The position numbers were made by a program, and so were the translations under genes. The notes under the pieces were generated by a model that saw nothing but the letters and a program-made list of their open reading frames with translations, searched no databases and had not been told where the DNA came from. Below, one piece after another: positions 25,145-25,729 of a stretch of 25,729 nucleotides of DNA (positions are counted from its first letter, which is position 1; each line of letters opens with the position of its first letter). Origin of the DNA: a virus (Duplodnaviria > Caudoviricetes); the IMG/VR virus record IMGVR_UViG_3300006164_000040, positions 1 through 25,729 of that record. One strand, given 5' to 3'.

Positions 25145-25321
25145 TTAAAAACTCCACATGTTCATTTTAAAACCGTTGTGTGCAATTATGAAAAAACAGG
25201 TTACGATGTGTAGGACAACCCACACTGTTCTTACGACGGCAACTCTATCGGCCCTAAGATCATCTTGAAAAGCCTTCTGACCGATAGCCTTGCACCATAT
25301 AGTCCAAAAGTTACGCAACAT
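25145..25321 (-). CDS. Small membrane protein, conserved hypothetical of aquatic phages
   Basis: W.KAIG.KAF.DD..AD.VA.VRT followed by a hydrophobic segment; ATG 25321 preferred. Confidence 0.65.
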   Translation of the reverse strand: MLRNFWTIWCKAIGQKAFQDDLRADRVAVVRTVWVVLHIVTCFFIIAHNGFKMNMWSF

Positions 25322-25571
25322 GTCGTCGTTTGTATTCGTCAACCACACCCTGCACCATCTTTTCGTAGTTCATCTCATAAGAGCCGTAGGTTCGACCCTG
25401 CCCGTCGTCCTTAAGGATAGTTTCAATTGGATAACCGTCCTTCTTCAACTCGTGAATTCGACTGGCCAGGCGGTAACACCCGAACAATCCAATGGCCTTC
25501 AAGGGAGACAAGCTCTTCTTGCTCATGAGATGCTTCAGTATCTTCTGCTTTTGTGTAACTCTTTTCGTCAT
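25311..25571 (-). CDS. Winged helix-turn-helix DNA-binding protein (HTH_39-like)
   Basis: TQ...IL.HL....SLSPL.A...FGC.RLASRI.EL...G..I.T pattern; SD AGGAG at 25582-25586 supports ATG 25571. Confidence 0.8.
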   Translation of the reverse strand: MTKRVTQKQKILKHLMSKKSLSPLKAIGLFGCYRLASRIHELKKDGYPIETILKDDGQGRTYGSYEMNYEKMVQGVVDEYKRRHVA

Positions 25572-25599
25572 TTTACTGACACTCCTGTTCAATGTTGTA

Positions 25600-25626
25600 A
25601 CTTAGTGAACAATATTGTTACTAAGT
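25600..25626. repeat. 27-bp near-perfect inverted repeat in the leader
   Basis: ACTTAGT-G-AACAATATTGTT-ACTAAGT: a palindrome with one bulged base. Confidence 0.85.
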
Positions 25627-25667
25627 GTATAATCTCTTCTGTAGTTCATTATTGTTCAATATTGTTT

Positions 25668-25695
25668 ATTATACAGCACTCTGTAATTCTGTCAA
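25668..25695 (-). promoter_or_regulatory. Consensus sigma70 promoter driving the replication arm
   Basis: On the - strand: TTGACA (25695-25690), 16-bp spacer, TATAAT (25673-25668). Confidence 0.85.
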
Positions 25696-25699
25696 GGGA

Positions 25700-25729
25700 T
25701 TAGTGAAATATTTCTTCCTTGGTCCACAT
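25700..25729 (-). CDS. Probable 3' end of an upstream gene (...MWTKEEIFH*)
   Basis: Open frame from the window edge to TAA at 25702-25700, ending just before the -35 box; only 10 codons are visible. Confidence 0.4.
   Translation of the reverse strand: MWTKEEIFH

Noticed and set aside
25644-25667. Alphaproteobacterial LexA box (GTTC-N7-GTTC)
   Set aside because: Spacing here is N6, not N7.
18775-25703. Plus-strand ORFs over the replication arm (e.g. 18872..19318, 24096..24401, 25290..25703)
   Set aside because: Antisense shadows of well-supported minus-strand genes, without motifs or ribosome-binding sites.

Overview
This is an internal 25.7-kb piece of a lytic, podovirus-like tailed phage genome with two convergent arms. 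The + arm (1-16505) encodes the virion and lysis functions: end of a tail-fibre gene with 84-bp tandem repeats, fibre chaperone, anchor/collar protein, scaffold, major capsid protein, adaptor, tail hub, small tail-tip protein, GNAT-like protein, a run of ejection-type proteins, a T4-lysozyme-fold enzyme and holin-like proteins. The - arm (16540-25729) encodes replication and nucleotide metabolism behind a consensus sigma70 promoter: HTH protein, DUF6378-like protein, T7 gp4-like primase-helicase, ThyX, family A DNA polymerase (Tyr762 type), gp2.5-like SSB, GIY-YIG endonuclease, Cas4-like nuclease, class II RNR and a DUF1289-like protein. This layout resembles marine SIO1/Zobellviridae-like phages, probably with an alphaproteobacterial host (inference). 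No terminase, portal, RNA polymerase, integrase, tRNA or CRISPR array is visible. The most unusual region is the ejection cassette: a GNAT-like gene, then an ejection-type protein with a C-terminal S74 autocleavage domain, and later a signal-peptide-less protein ending in an outer-membrane beta-signal. Several translationally coupled micro-ORFs missing from the ORF track were found by hand. All family calls come from motif recognition by eye; no database search was run.
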